DNA of 61,616 nt, filler included, from Sphacelaria rigidula (lineage: Eukaryota), in NCBI GenBank assembly GCA_964200075.2. It is 11 parts of 11 records of this genome, joined end to end, with 100 filler letters (N's around TTAATTAATTAA, not from the genome) between each part and the next. Parts side by side here need not be neighbours in the genome. Positions count along the whole stretch, not along the records: positions 1 to 5,512 come from CAXNAA020026735.1; positions 5,613 to 11,123 come from CAXNAA020026736.1; positions 11,224 to 16,734 come from CAXNAA020026737.1; 8 more parts are not named here. One strand, 5' to 3'. A model generated the notes under the pieces. That model was not told the origin of the DNA. It worked only from the letters and a program-made list of their open reading frames with translations, and did not search any database. Each line of letters begins with the position of its first letter. Positions within the stretch are counted from its first letter, which is position 1. The translations under genes and the position numbers were made by a program. This document shows, one piece after another, positions 1-12,840 of the stretch.

Positions 1-87
1 CTGAAAGGGATGTGTGGTCAATAGCCAAACGCCTAAGGCAAGCAACAAATGAGTACGCCCCCGCCCCCGCCCCCGCCCCCGCCCCCT
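1..87 (+). mobile_element. 3' tail of LINE family B with C-rich tail
   Basis: AAAGGGATGTGTGGTCAATAGCCAAACGCCTAAGGCAAGCAACAAATGAGTACGCCCCC matches the end of the copy at 32357-32640. Confidence 0.7.
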
Positions 88-449
88 ATCGTAGGAAGGA
101 TCACTCACACAGTTGGAGGCGTCTTATCCTTTGCTTACTACAACCACTATCACCGCTACACTGCAGCTATCGGGTCACGTGAGAATAGCCCGCCGCAATC
201 TCTGCTGCTTCTGCTGTGTGCTGTTTTGTTTTGGAAGGACCATACACCGGAAGATCATGTGCACATAGAGTGTAGTTACATGTGGAGTGTATGTACGTGT
301 ATATGTGTATCTCGCCGACGTGACAGCTGTGTTTTATCGTGCCTTGAAGAAAAGAAAAAGAAAAGTCGAAATTCCTGTGGTCGGTATATTCTCCCCTCCC
401 CGAGTGAACAATCTGACACAAGATCACGAGTACATCCTCCCTGTCCCGT

Positions 450-978
450 GGGGTTAGCGTCGGTTGGCACTGACGCTGTAAAACACGACACGCACTGGAT
501 AAGCTAGGCAACCACGTTCCCGATTTTTTTGCGCGCTTGCGTTTTTTTTTCTGCGGTAACCATGATGGTAGTCGAGCTATTGTAGATCATGGTGTGCGGT
601 GTGAGAGAACCTCAACTCCGCACAAAGAGGATGAACATACTACGTAGTGCTTGGATGGTGAGGCACCCATGAGGCAGTGTGGAACCAGTGGCTGTCTCTG
701 GAAGGGGCGATACCAGAAAACAAAGCAACTCATTGTAGACTGTCCTCCAAATGCAAAATAATCAGCACACTTCGGGTCGAACAATCTTAAGATGCAGCTC
801 ACGCTTCACGCGACTCGTCGAACACATCACGGCGCTTCGCGCTCAGTGATTGACTGCGAGCCTGGTCCGGCGAAAAATCCGGCGTGCTTCGTCCGGGCTT
901 TGTAGGCATTCGAGGCCAATGGTCATACGACTACGGCAGGCAAGATCACGAGTACACCCCTCTTCCCCCCACCCTCCC
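450..978 (+). mobile_element. ~520-bp SINE-like repeat family A, copy 1
   Basis: Colinear with copies at 16063-16574(-), 31695-32210(+) and 47771-48279(-). Starts GGGGTT(A/G)GCGTCGGTTGGC and ends GAGTACA + poly-C. Confidence 0.8.
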
Positions 979-1631
979 CAAGTGAACAATCAGCACGGTC
1001 GCACTATTGATCCCCGTCACCGTGACGTGAAAAATGATCCACCTCGCAAGAATCGAAAAAGTCAGAGTGGACACGAATACTGAAGATGCACGGGTTTCGC
1101 CCAACTGGCCACTTTGATGTCGTAAAATGTGAAACACGTCGACTGCTTCTCTCTCTGTTTTTTGTTCTCTTCTCCCCACCCCTTCCACTATACCGACCTT
1201 CACCCCAACCATCTGCCCGCCATCAAATGTGATTGTACATATCTCAGTATCTATCTTAATAGAGGTATCTCAAACTCGGCGATCCTGGATCATTGGACAA
1301 GTAGTCCAGGATGTCCTGGACTACGAGTTTGAGATAACTCAACGGAGATCCCGAAATGACATCGAGGATTCTCCGAAGGCATCTTTGAGAAAGATCCCTC
1401 CCGGTTTATGACGTGAAGGGGTGCCAAGAATGGTGAAGAACAGCTTTCATTTGACAGTTTCGCCAACTATTGGTGTAATGCGCATCGTCACGTCACGTTT
1501 TCCGATCCCTATGGTTGAAAGTTGGAAATAAGTTCGCGACCTTTCCTTGAAAAGAGCCAAACATTTGATGTTCCGCGAGTCATCCCTGCAACAAGATCCG
1601 GGAATGTCAGCTGGATCTTTGATGAAGATTT

Positions 1632-1687
1632 ATCCTGGTTTATTTAAGAATCGTGCCATTTGGCAGGATTCTTGAATAAACCAGGAT
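1632..1687. repeat. Imperfect palindrome (27-bp arms)
   Basis: ATCCTGGTTTATTTAAGAATCGTGCCA-TT-TGGCAGGATTCTTGAATAAACCAGGAT, 2 mismatches. Confidence 0.8.
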
Positions 1688-2199
1688 TTGTTCGAACTGT
1701 TTGTTGGAACCTATGCTCCGGGGTGTGCACTTTCATTTACACCTCCGACGCAGTCGCGACATGCCGTCTGTACAGCCACGGCTCCGCTGCGTTGCTGACA
1801 TGGGGGATGAGACAGAAAATAGTCCTCGTGCCTCCCACAACAAGAGGAAGCACGAGAGAAGGGCCGCCGTCAATGTCAGTAGGGAATATTACACGAGTGA
1901 CACCCCGGTCGACCCTGCCGTCACGGCACGAGGGACGGCGACAGTCGAGCCCGCCTCGTCAGTCGTCGTGGCGCGCTCACGCTGAGACCAACGCGATTGA
2001 CACCACAACCTCCATCAACAGAAGCGCAGCAGGACAGGCGCGCGATGGCGATGCCAAATTCTTTGCGGAGCCTGGGAGGCTGCTGGTGACCAACGACCTG
2101 CGTCGCACACAGCAGGAGCAGGAGTAGCAGCAGCACCGGCAGCGATACCGCCACGCCTGCTAGCGCAAGGACCATGGCGCCCACTCTCCTGTCCGCAGC

Positions 2200-2760
2200 A
2201 CGTCCCGCTCCACATTCGGTTAACCGTATAACATCCCTGACGAGGACTACCGTGAGCGATACCAGTCACGAGGAAGCCCTCGTGGTTTTGTGCGAAGCCT
2301 CGGGCCTCCGCGTGCTGGACCACTGAAACAAGTACACGCCAACCAACAACCGCGGGATTCTGCCAGCCCCGCGTATCGACGTTCGAAAGCGGGAGACGTG
2401 GAAAACAAAGACCCTTCATTCGCGGATATGATCATATACGCAGAAAATACAGTCCGTGCCAATGACGGTCTTCTGCGTTCCAGTTCGTACATTACTCTTG
2501 CGGCCAAATAAAATGGTACTATACTCATGGGTGGCGATTCCGGGTCCATATCCTGTTTGCCTTATTCGTGCCTGACAGAAAGGTTTTGTGTGTCCTCGAC
2601 GTGAGGTGTTTACAGGTTGTCGGACTTCCCCGTAACTTAATCCTACAGGTGGAACGAAGACTGCGCCAAGCATGAGACGCTTCCGTGCTGATGACGTTAC
2701 AGCGCTCGAAATTCGTCGTTTTGTAGACAAACCCATCGTTCATCTTCGCCAAGAGCACCT
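2200..2760 (+). pseudogene. Possible highly degraded Copia gag/protease remnant
   Basis: TGG GTG GCG (G)AT TCC GGG TCC at ~2528 gives a WVADSGS protease-like motif with one frameshift; little other support. Confidence 0.25.
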
Positions 2761-2907
2761 CAAGAAATTTCAGCTTGCACATTGAATTGAAGCGGTGCTC
2801 CGCTCCCGAGGCTCCGACACTGTCTTCGTCCTCATCATCGGGAGAGTTTTCCTCGTCTTCGCTACCCTTCTCCAAATCGGTGACACCTACCGTCCCTCCG
2901 CTGGCAT

Positions 2908-3410
2908 CAGCATACCGAGAACCCTCGGGCAATAAGGGCCGTACATACATTCCCCAGGCAAAGGACGGTCTTGGTAGACCCCAAATCGGTGCCTGTGGCG
3001 CCTATTCAAACGAACTGCGTTCTGAGCAAGCGAACACGGGACTGTGAGCCCTACTAAAGATCCGATTCTCGTCGTACATGCGTTCCATGAGGCATAGTGT
3101 GTGTTGGCAGCCCTGAAATCGACGGCGCAGGCGCCGATTTCGACAGAAACACGTTCTCGACGAGCAACTAACCCCGACCCAAGCGTACGAGACCCTCGGA
3201 CAAGGGGAGTACATGCGTTCTCCTGAAATAGATGCCGCAGCCGCCGATTTCGACAAAAATACGTTCTGGACGAGCACCTAACCCCGACCCAAGGCGTACG
3301 AGACCCTCGGACAAGGGGGTTACATACGTTCCTCCAGTGTGCATTGGCAGCTGAAATCGACGCCGCATGCGCCGATTTTGACAAATCACTCTCTGGACAA
3401 GCTGAGTCCA
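2908..3410 (+). repeat. Degenerate tandem repeat (~110-130-bp unit); related copy on the minus strand at 60845-61000
   Basis: CTGAAAT(C/A)GA at ~3113, 3223 and 3351; CTAACCCCGACCCAAG..GTACGAGACCCTCGGACAAGGGG occurs twice. Confidence 0.75.
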
Positions 3411-5512
3411 GTGCCCACCTGCCCCAAACGATGGGATTTCTCAAATGTTTCTCAAGTCTAAAATCAAGCTGTCATGTAGTTCCAACTTTCAAATTGGTTG
3501 TTGTCTCAGGCTATTCCGGATTCGGCATTAGATTTCTGTGACAGAAAACACTCTCGTTTTTTTCGGAATACTTTGAAAAAAAACGAGCAAAACGTTTCGA
3601 GAACCGCTCAAAACATGACCCCATTATGTGGAGTACAGGGTGGTACACTCAGCACAAGACAACTCTGCAGTGGTATATGAAATGCAGAGTACTACACTGA
3701 ACATCAGACAACACGGCAATTCTGCAGTGTTTTCTAGTTCTAGAACCTGAAGACGGACTGTATACAATATGACACCGTCACTACTGTTCTCTCTGTGCTT
3801 GCAGAGTACAGCCTGTACTCGGACAGGGGAGGTGGACAGCATGCTATCACTTGTGGATAGATACACTGCAGTAGCTGGGTATGCTTTGTTATTTTTTGTT
3901 GGTGAAAACTAGCACGTCTTCTCTCATGATGGGCATCAGCGACAGAACTGTGTGGTACGGTGGGCAACCGAGTTGCGTGCACGCTCATGGATCGTGCAGT
4001 CTGTACAAAGCTGCACGTTGCTGAAGTCCTCTTCACGTCGCATTGTAAGCAGGGAGGACTGATAGTCCTGGGCTCTCTGCACTGCATGTTGCCCGCTTCT
4101 CCTTCATATCCTCCTGAACGAAACACGCACACACGCACTCAAGACACCCTGCTTGCAAGCGGTGCAGACAGTACAGACTGTGTGTATTGTACACGAGTGA
4201 CCATGTGCCGCGTCACGAATATCAGGCACAGGACCCATACATGGGGATAATTTAATTTACAATTATTTGCGCGAAGGGCGATCATGTCCGAGCGTTCAAT
4301 ACCGGCACCCTGCAAACAGTGAGGGCCCGTTAAAAATCAGCCGAAGAACAAAAACATAGGACGTGTCTTGTCTCACTGTACTGCAGCACAAAAACACTCA
4401 CTTCCGCTCTCATTTGCTGTAGATATCACTGTTCTGGGGTGTGTTTAGACCTTGCGAAGACGGTTTGGTCTCCGCTGAGATTGAGCGTACACACAACAGT
4501 CTTCGTTTGACAGCAAATTGAGCCGTAGCTGCTCATCAGCTGTGCACGTTGTGAGTGACCTTGCTCACATCTGTTCGGAATTCATTGAGAAACGATGATT
4601 TGAGTGAGACGCGCGCGCAGCACACGCTTACAAAACGGTCAGCAACGACACGTTCTCGATTGTTCTTGAAACGCCTGCAGCCGCCATTCGTCGAATACAT
4701 AACGAATTTCCGTCAAACAAAGACTGCCGTGTGTAGACCAGCAGGGGCTCGCAGTGAAATTAATCCGCGTGAGTGGCGGGTGTCTGTGCGTGTTTTTTCG
4801 AGGCTGGGTGTGTAGGTGTTGTGTTGCCTTGTTGTGTCTTGTCTGCGGCATGACACAGACCTTGGATCTGCTTGGACTATCGTATACTTAACAGTGGATT
4901 CTAATTGTTGGGGTTGAACTAAAAAATGTGGTTCAACCCGCAAATCGCTTCCGTTGGGAAAATACAAAACAGTAACACAAAAGGAAGATATTTTCCCCCA
5001 ACACTCCGCAGGAGGACTTGGGCAGTTCGGGCTAGGTGCACCCAACGAATGCGGTGTACACGCGTGTCGATGGCGACATCACCAGAGAGAGAAACAACGA
5101 CAGAGAGGAAGCTCCTCGCCCGTGTCCTTTGTGTCTCCTTGCTCGGCGATTACCAATCGCTCGAGAGACTGGCATCATTGATCTTACCAGCATGTGCCAA
5201 ATTTTCCATGTCACGAAACACCAAGCTGCGGAGAGTTTCCTTCGTCTCTTCGTCTTGCCTGTCGAGCTCACCATCGATGCGAAGATCAGTTTCTCTCTGG
5301 CTCTCTTTTTGGACAGCACGCGCCTCTGTGCGCTGAAGAACATGTTGTAGAAGAACAGGGCAAAATTTCCGTCACCGCTACTACTGTTCTCTGTCACACA
5401 CATGCCCGCAAGGACGGTGCTCCGGCAAAACCAGATAGATCCAGTATGAACTTAGGGGGTGTTATATTCATCGTCGATTGTCCGCCACCCCGACCGGGCG
5501 CTTGACCACACG

Positions 5513-5612
5513 NNNNNNNNNNNNNNNNNNNNNNNNNNNNNNNNNNNNNNNNNNNNTTAATTAATTAANNNNNNNNNNNNNNNNNNNNNNNNNNNNNNNN
5601 NNNNNNNNNNNN
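5513..5612. other. Artificial contig linker (N44-TTAATTAATTAA-N44). Identical linkers at 11124-11223, 16735-16834, 22346-22445, 27957-28056, 33567-33666, 39177-39276, 44787-44886, 50397-50496, 56007-56106
   Basis: Ten identical 100-nt spacers with stops in all six frames, separating segments of 5512/5511/5510 nt in descending order. Confidence 0.98.
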
Positions 5613-7078
5613 ACAATACCACACTGAAAATGTGCAGGGTCCAACCCACAGCTGTCGGCACATTTTTCGGAGAAAATGTTTTTGCTGTTGCGCGAAGTGT
5701 TTCCGACTGTGTTTCATCCTCAACAAAAAGTATCATCCTCAACATAGATGATTCGCTGTTTACTGCTCAAACGGCTCAGCTCTTCCAGCAACGAGATGCT
5801 TCGACGTAGTCAAACAGCATGGCAAAGGGATCAGTTCCAATGATGTCCCGCAGCAGGAGAGTGCGAAAGTGTTCAAACAGAAATCTATGCGAAGGCCTCC
5901 TACTCGGAACGACGAACGACCAAGCAAGCTCTTGCAAGCACACGGTAGATCCTACCTGAAAAAAAAGCTCCGATGCGATGCTGCAACAAACAGGAAGGAC
6001 GGTTCCTCATACACACACAACGCCGACGATAGGCACGCTCATGCACAGCGCGGGCGTCTAGCGGCCGCTGCAGGTTCCGTTTCGGGACATATTTTGTATC
6101 TAGTGTCTCCGCCAACCCCTTGTGGCCCTGTGAACACCAAGACATCGTGATCTTGCTGCTAGTACTACCCCGTGATCCCGAGCGCTGCGAGTGGGTGCGA
6201 CATCTCACGTAGCTTTGGAAAAACGTGTACTGGCAAAGAACGAGGCACTAATAAGGAGCGCGAAGAGCACCATGAAAAAAGATCAAGACAAAACAGTGAC
6301 AGATGGACAAGCTGAAGCAGCACTTGACCTCAAAACCTGTTTCAATGAGACTGACGAATCCTACGCATATTCCGATTCCAAAGTAGTCCTTCGGTTGCAC
6401 TATGTATTGCACTTCAAAATACCTCGAAGAATCCGGAGCTCTGATGACAAGATCGATATTGTCGGGCTCCGGGTATAGAACCCCTCACCCCCAGGGTGGG
6501 TCATCCGGGTCTTACACTCGCTTTCATGCGAAAGTGGTGCCGACCGATTCAACCGATGACTCACCCCTCGTGGCCAAAGGACTCGCGCGTGATTTTTTTG
6601 GCTCATGGACTGCGTGGGAAGAAGAAGCGTTCTAGTGGGTAGCGGATCGCTCATGCTTACCGTCGGATAAACACTCGAATACGAGGGCCCCACACTTGGA
6701 AGATATAGTAGGGTATCGGCGTGCGGGGAACAGTATATCCAACAGCCGTTCGTTGGCTACCTGAAAAGCATGACCGCGTGTCGGCTGCGCGTCTTTGCGA
6801 CCCAGCCAGCGAATGTTCACACTGCAGCAGACTTCGTCAGATCACTTGCTGAAGCACCGAGATGTGACGAGCTGGCCATGTCCCCTCATGTCGTGACATG
6901 GCAATGTTTTGGTGCAGACCATGCCATGGTCCATACAACCATGAAGTTTATTGAATTCAGTCGCTGGATATGAACCAGGAACTCGATCAGTGCGACGACC
7001 CCATGCCTTCTGGTGGAAGTTGGGTGAAGCAATTTCTTATCTCCTTCGTCAAATTTGTACAAATTTACTATGAAAAAA

Positions 7079-7512
7079 CGATCAGCGAAATTGAGAACGG
7101 AGATTTTCATTGAGGATGAGAACCCGGAGGATTCAAATCTTCGTATCCGCACCAAATATTCGAAGATGGATTCCATTCCTCCACCTACTGGGATAGCTAT
7201 CGACAACTGGTACACGCCCTGCACATTTCTATTTCGATAACCAAAATTTTGGGGCCCTAGATTAAGAAACGATTTCGGGGAATTGAGGTGATCCGATCGG
7301 ATCGCCGGAATTCCCCGAAACTGGTTTTTCACCTAGGACCCCAACATTTTGATTATCGAAATCCAAATTTGTATGGCGTGTACCAGATGTCGATAGTTAC
7401 CTGTAGGTGAAGTAATGAAACCATATTTCCAAAAATTGGTGTGGATACAAAGATTTGAATCCTCCGGGTTCTCATCCTTAATGAAAAGCTCCATCCTCAG
7501 TTTCGATGATCG
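7079..7512. repeat. Foldback / MITE-like inverted repeat (~180-bp arms)
   Basis: Arms 7079-7260 and 7333-7512 are reverse complements; both translate to FI(E/K)DENPEDSNL on opposite strands. Confidence 0.85.
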
Positions 7513-7599
7513 GCTGGTGATACCCAGTGGAGAGTCGCCCGTCTTCAATGCTGTACCCACTGTTACCCCTGCAACAAATTACCGCCATGGTGTAGCATG

Positions 7600-8300
7600 C
7601 CATGACAGCGGTGCTTGCCCACATAATGTTTGCGTCAGCCTGCACGCCGTAGGAGGGATGGGAAAGAAAATATGCAGCCTGATCTTACAAAAGATGTTAA
7701 TCAAAGGCACGCGAGGTTTTTTGCGATATTAGCCTAGAAGCGATCTCAGAAACGCTCGTACGACGTACGGCCCGTTTCGTCCACATGTCGGCCCCATGAT
7801 GGTGGGAACTCAGCAATCTAATCTAACCGTTGCGCCTTTCGATTGTTCACCTCTTGCGAGTGATATGGCTTGGTGCTCCCGAAGTCACTCCAGTTCTATG
7901 GTGCTGTAGTAACGAGCAACGTTACGCTTAACAGCGTGCATAGTGCTACTACGGTCAGACACATAACCCGGTGCTTGCAGGTACTAGTCGAACGAGTTCC
8001 GAGGAGAGATGGGAGGAATATAGTCGAAATTGGTAATCGAACACCACGCGGGCCATTTCTACACAACGATACATGGTGCCGCCCAACAGCTCACCATGAG
8101 AACACGCTCTTGTGTAAAACATGCTCTCTCTCTCGCTCGATGTTATGGTGTGCTTGGCACGAGAGAACCGTGCGCCCCCATCAAGGCACCCGCTTATGAA
8201 AGAGCCGCGAAGCGAGAACAAAATATCGACAAAATTTTCCCCGAACACGTCGGCATATTGGTTGGCACTGAGAGCGGACAGACTTGCGGAAATAGCATGC
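7600..8300 (-). pseudogene. Probable KDZ (Kyakuja-Dileera-Zisupton) transposase catalytic-domain remnant
   Basis: (R/C)AKH...FYTRACSHGELLGGTMYRCVEMARVVFD, then across frameshifts FD..TCKHRVMCL and IAEF(H)..TCG. This follows the KDZ order CxK-CxHG-E-YDxAC-DxFH. Confidence 0.5.
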
Positions 8301-10861
8301 CAGGGTCGGTCGTTATTGTTTTTCTGAACGATAAATTAGCCAGTGTAGAATTGACTTCGCGGTTACCATGATTGGTTTTGCTGTGGACTTCGGGTAGCGG
8401 CGTCTGCCAACTAAATAATAAGGTTCTGGGAGTAGTCCGCACACGTCTCGAGAAAGTTAAGATGGTAGTCCAGAGAAGGTTATTAAAGGCAACAAACGAC
8501 CACACAGAGTGCAAACGATGCCAATCTGGCCTGGATATGGTATGATGGAGGTTACTGGAGAAGACTGCTTTTGTGCATGGGGCGGATGAGCGTCCTTTTT
8601 TTGGCACGGGCCGGAGAACATATTATTTAGTTTCATGGCTGATGTGCCTAAAGAATGCCGAGCAAAAACGGTATCTGCGGCGGTGTTTTTTTCGATTGTA
8701 CGACCTGGTACGAAAACAGTACCTTATTATGGAGGAAAACAAATAACACAAAGGCCAACCCTACCTACAAGAAAACAGTCATATTGTCTTGCTTCCTTTA
8801 ACTGCCATCGATCGCATGGCCTACATCACCCCCAGGCGTTTGAAAGCTCTTCGACATTATTCCGATTGTTTCACAGCTCAACGCTGCTGTTCGTTGCACT
8901 CGGCGCCACGTTCCCACATGCCTAACCAGATATGAAAAATACACTGAGCCAGGAGCTCCCCGGTGGGTATTCATCTGCCGAGCGGCCCAAAACCTTTCAA
9001 AGACCCACCTAAGCGAGTATGGGAGGAATCCGTGTGCAGCGGATACGGTCTCGGTAGGCTCTATTTCAAGAGTCGGAGGAACAACGAATCGTCAAAACAA
9101 TTACTAATCGCCGTGTAATTGATTCGTACCGTACGAATGAATCAATCCCTGGGATTTGTTATCTATGCTGCGCCCCAGGTACGCGGAATCCAGGCACGTA
9201 GAATAGCGTCAAATTGCGTATAGAGCGTTTCGAGCCGCGGTCAACTACGTTTTGCTATTCTCGAGCAATCAGACCACATAAATTGTGGATTGTCGTGATT
9301 CGAACCAGCCATGATTCGTCCGTGCATTTTTCAATTATATCCAGGGCGGTGCGAGTTCGAGAATAGCGTCTGACTCGGTGGGGTGTCACGGGACACATCG
9401 TTAGTCTCGTGGGTAAGAATTGGACGGACCTTGCTGGACTGGACGACCCGGTTTTGAAGTGGAATGAATGATAGGGGACCGGTAGGCCCCATTCACCTAG
9501 AACAAGAGCGACAACCACCCGGACAGGGATGGACAATGACGATGTTCCAGACGGTCAGTCTTGAGCTCGTAGACAGGCGTCGGGGATATAAAGAGGTGGA
9601 AATCATGCGAGAAGTGTTGATACCTACATCTAAGACGACAAATATGTTACCCGTACTAAGGATATCATAAGACGCAACCTGATGGATGAACACAACAGAA
9701 ACTAAGACAACAGCTTTGGAAGTTAAGCTTGAAGGACTGAACCGTCAAACGGCGCACTTCATAGGTGTTACTTCCTCTCGTGGCGGACACGCGCTCTTCT
9801 CAAGGGAGAGGGTGGCCGGAACCGTTCTTTGCGCCCACTTTTCCCCCCGATGCTCTGGGATCCTTTCCCGAGCCCTCGCCGTTTCACATCTTCCACCTCC
9901 GCCAACGGTTTCCGGTAAGGTCGCCCGAACCTGTTCGAGGAAAAACGAAGAGTGCAGAGGTTAGTCATGCTCCATCGTTTTCCTGACCTTTAAGCTCGAC
10001 CGAGCGCGTGGAATTGTGCAAGGTCAGAAGCAGGGGACTGCGGAGACATCCGATCTTTTTCCCTTCGCCGGGTCTCTGCTTGAGCGATACACGATTGCGG
10101 TACTGTGGCCAGTAGTTCGTACTCCTTCGGTGAATCGTTTTCTCCTCTGGATCGGCGGGAAGAACATGAGTGCATGTTCGACCAATAAGTATGCAACAGT
10201 ACGCCACTCGCTGCGAACGCACCGCGGTGCGCTCGAAGATTATCACGTGCGCAAGAGATTCATTTTGTTTTGTGCCCATCGATGAGCCTTGACAAGCAAA
10301 TGAGTCAGCCGACGTCACAAGACTTCTGGCACCAGCAGGTTTCTGCTCGTGTTTCTAACACTGAGATCAGAATTACCGTGCTTTGTTTTTCACTCGGGTG
10401 AAATGATAAAGGTCGACGACTTGACTCAACAAATAACTAACATCGGTGATTCCACGACAACCTACGACCGATTCACATGATGGGTAGCAATATTATACGA
10501 CCACATGTCCAGGAAAGCATGCGCTGTGCCCTTCGGATCCGGAGATCCGAACGGTGAACAAGTATGGTTCCCGGGTAAATGTCTTGTGCGGGAAGCAAAA
10601 ATTGCTATCCTCGGGTGTGGCAGGTCGTTTCGTTCTCACGGGTGAGCAACTCAGAACGAGGCAGTTCACGTGAAACGATATACACATACGTCAAAGTGTC
10701 CTGGACAGCGAGGTCTTGCGCCCAACAGTTCACACTAGAGGGCTAGCTCCATGACGAAGTGTAGAGAGAACAACACCACTGGTATGTGAGAATAAAAGAA
10801 TAACACGCGAGTGGCGATTGACGCAAAATAGTCGCTGTAAGACAAGGCCGAGAACACTCAC

Positions 10862-11060
10862 TTGAGGCAGTGGCGATGGTGGAAGTACAAGAAGGACTCG
10901 CCGGTTTCCAAGCACTCCCTGCGCACGCACTCTGGGCAGACCTTGTTGAAGCACTCCATGCACTTCACGGTGGCCGTCACTTCCTTGCACACAACACATC
11001 GTTGCGGCTCCTCTGGAGTGGGGTAGTGAGCAGCCCTCCGCTCTCGTTCCATCTTTACCT
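10862..11060 (-). CDS. Exon encoding a B-box-like zinc finger
   Basis: CVVCKEVTATVKCMECFNKVCPEC...HHRHC; GTGAGT donor at 10861-10856 and AAAAG acceptor at ~11061. Confidence 0.7.
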
Positions 11061-12139
11061 CTTTTATTGTTTTCATTGACACACGTTTCCAAAATCGGTG
11101 TTGGGTGTGAGGGCGGAGGGGAGNNNNNNNNNNNNNNNNNNNNNNNNNNNNNNNNNNNNNNNNNNNNTTAATTAATTAANNNNNNNNNNNNNNNNNNNNN
11201 NNNNNNNNNNNNNNNNNNNNNNNGAACGCGACGCCTGCCCCCTCGCCCACCACATAAGCCCCGCCACACATGAGGACGCCCCCCCCCCCCCGCCCCCGCC
11301 CCCCTCCCCCGATTCATGCCTGACATATTGATATCGCGGAATATGACTATGTATAAATCGGGATTCGAACCAGGAATCTTCTAGCCTGGATGGCTGTTGA
11401 GGTACCAGTACCAGGTACATCGTGCGAGGAAAACCCCGCTACTGTGGGGGTCCGGTGATGTCGTGCATTGCCAGTCCAAAATAACCGCCAAAGTGCGGGG
11501 CGCCGCAACCGCTCGATTCAAGTCATTTTTACACATGAGTATGCCGCGATAGCCCCCCCAAAAAACCAGCCTGAAGAACGTCACGAATAAAATGGCCATA
11601 CAGCACATGATAGCTGGTTTTACACCGCATGGAGCCCGTCATACGGCCGACAGTGTCGAAAACGGTCCCTAGCGTGGGAGTTCCCAGCTACTCGGTGTGC
11701 TCGGCTTTCGTCACTGGATTTCACGTCAAGAATTTGCCTCCTCATATCAGCCATTTTTCTGGGAGGAGGGAGCTATTGCGACATTACTCCCATTCCGGGA
11801 AAATACAGTCAGTATTAGTAACTACGGTGGACACCACTAAATACAACGAGCGAAATCCCGCAAGTGCCGGTCGAGGCTCATTATTTTTTTGCAGTAGCAA
11901 CACTGGTGAGATGCTGTCGTCTCCGTGAAAAGCAGATGAGTCCTTGACGGAGAATTGTACATTTTTTCCTCCCGTCACTGTGATATCCACTCGAGAGTGT
12001 GTTGGACTCTTTGCAAGTCATGCCGGCACCCATAATAGTCGGGAATAACACTTACATCGAGCGCACTACGCCAGAGCCCCCCAATTCATGTTTGACTTCC
12101 TATTTTGTCATGCTATGCTTTGGAAAGACGAGCTTACGT

Positions 12140-12193
12140 CTGTGACCACGGGTTCGAGAGATCGGACTAATGTGCGAAAAAAATAATAATAAT
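12140..12193 (+). repeat. Short retroposon-like 3' tail with (AAT)n; second copy at 16948-17005
   Basis: CTGTGA(C/T)CACGGGTTCGAGAGATCG..CTAATGTG..AAAATAATAAT in two unrelated contigs. Confidence 0.6.
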
Positions 12194-12716
12194 GACATGC
12201 TATACCGCCGTGCGTCAGGACGAGTCGATCGTACGTATCAAACGAAAATTCACCAACCCCCCCAACCCCCCCCCGGGCTCGCCTTACGAGTTACCATTGA
12301 GCTTTACGTCAATCTTCCGCAGTTCGTAGACCTAAACCGTACTCATTATGGGCCAAATACATCCCCACGCCTGTTCCGGCGATGAAAGGTCAGGAAAATT
12401 GCGAAGACTGGAGAGCTGATCACTTGGGAGTGTAATTTTCGGCCAGCTATCCATGTGTGTATGAGCTCTCACATGTTGACTGTGTCGGCCTCTGACGCGC
12501 TTCCGCCCTCTCTATCCCCATGTGTATCCCCGGGGCTCCCTGGTCCCTCTGCGGTCCTCCAATTGGCATCGCCTGTACGCTGAGGAGCAGCAGATACCGC
12601 GCCACCTGAGTGCATCATGACAACATCAAGAGCGTCATCACCACGTTATCAACAACCAATTGAAGTTAGAGTTTTACACGTCTGACAGCTCGTGGGCTAC
12701 CTACTTCAACTAGAAT

Positions 12717-12840
12717 CCAACCCTTTTGGAACCCACTGACGATTCTTGCTTTGTGAAACAGCATCATTTTGACTTGAAAATGACTGAAAATGATGCCGAT
12801 TCACAAAACAAAAATCGTCAATGGGTTCCGAAAGGGTCAA
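12717..12840. mobile_element. piggyBac-type palindromic MITE, older variant
   Basis: CCAA-CCCTTTTGGAACCCA...TGGGTTCCGAAAGGG-TCAA with internal GAAAATGATGCCGATTC. Confidence 0.6.

Noticed and set aside
3600..5400. Degenerate transposase-like coding region, with weak similarity of 4690-4800 to 41570-41690
   Set aside because: No catalytic motif could be reconstructed
5557..5568. Recurrent TTAATTAATTAA motif at ~5.6-kb period
   Set aside because: Artificial six-frame stop linker inside N-runs
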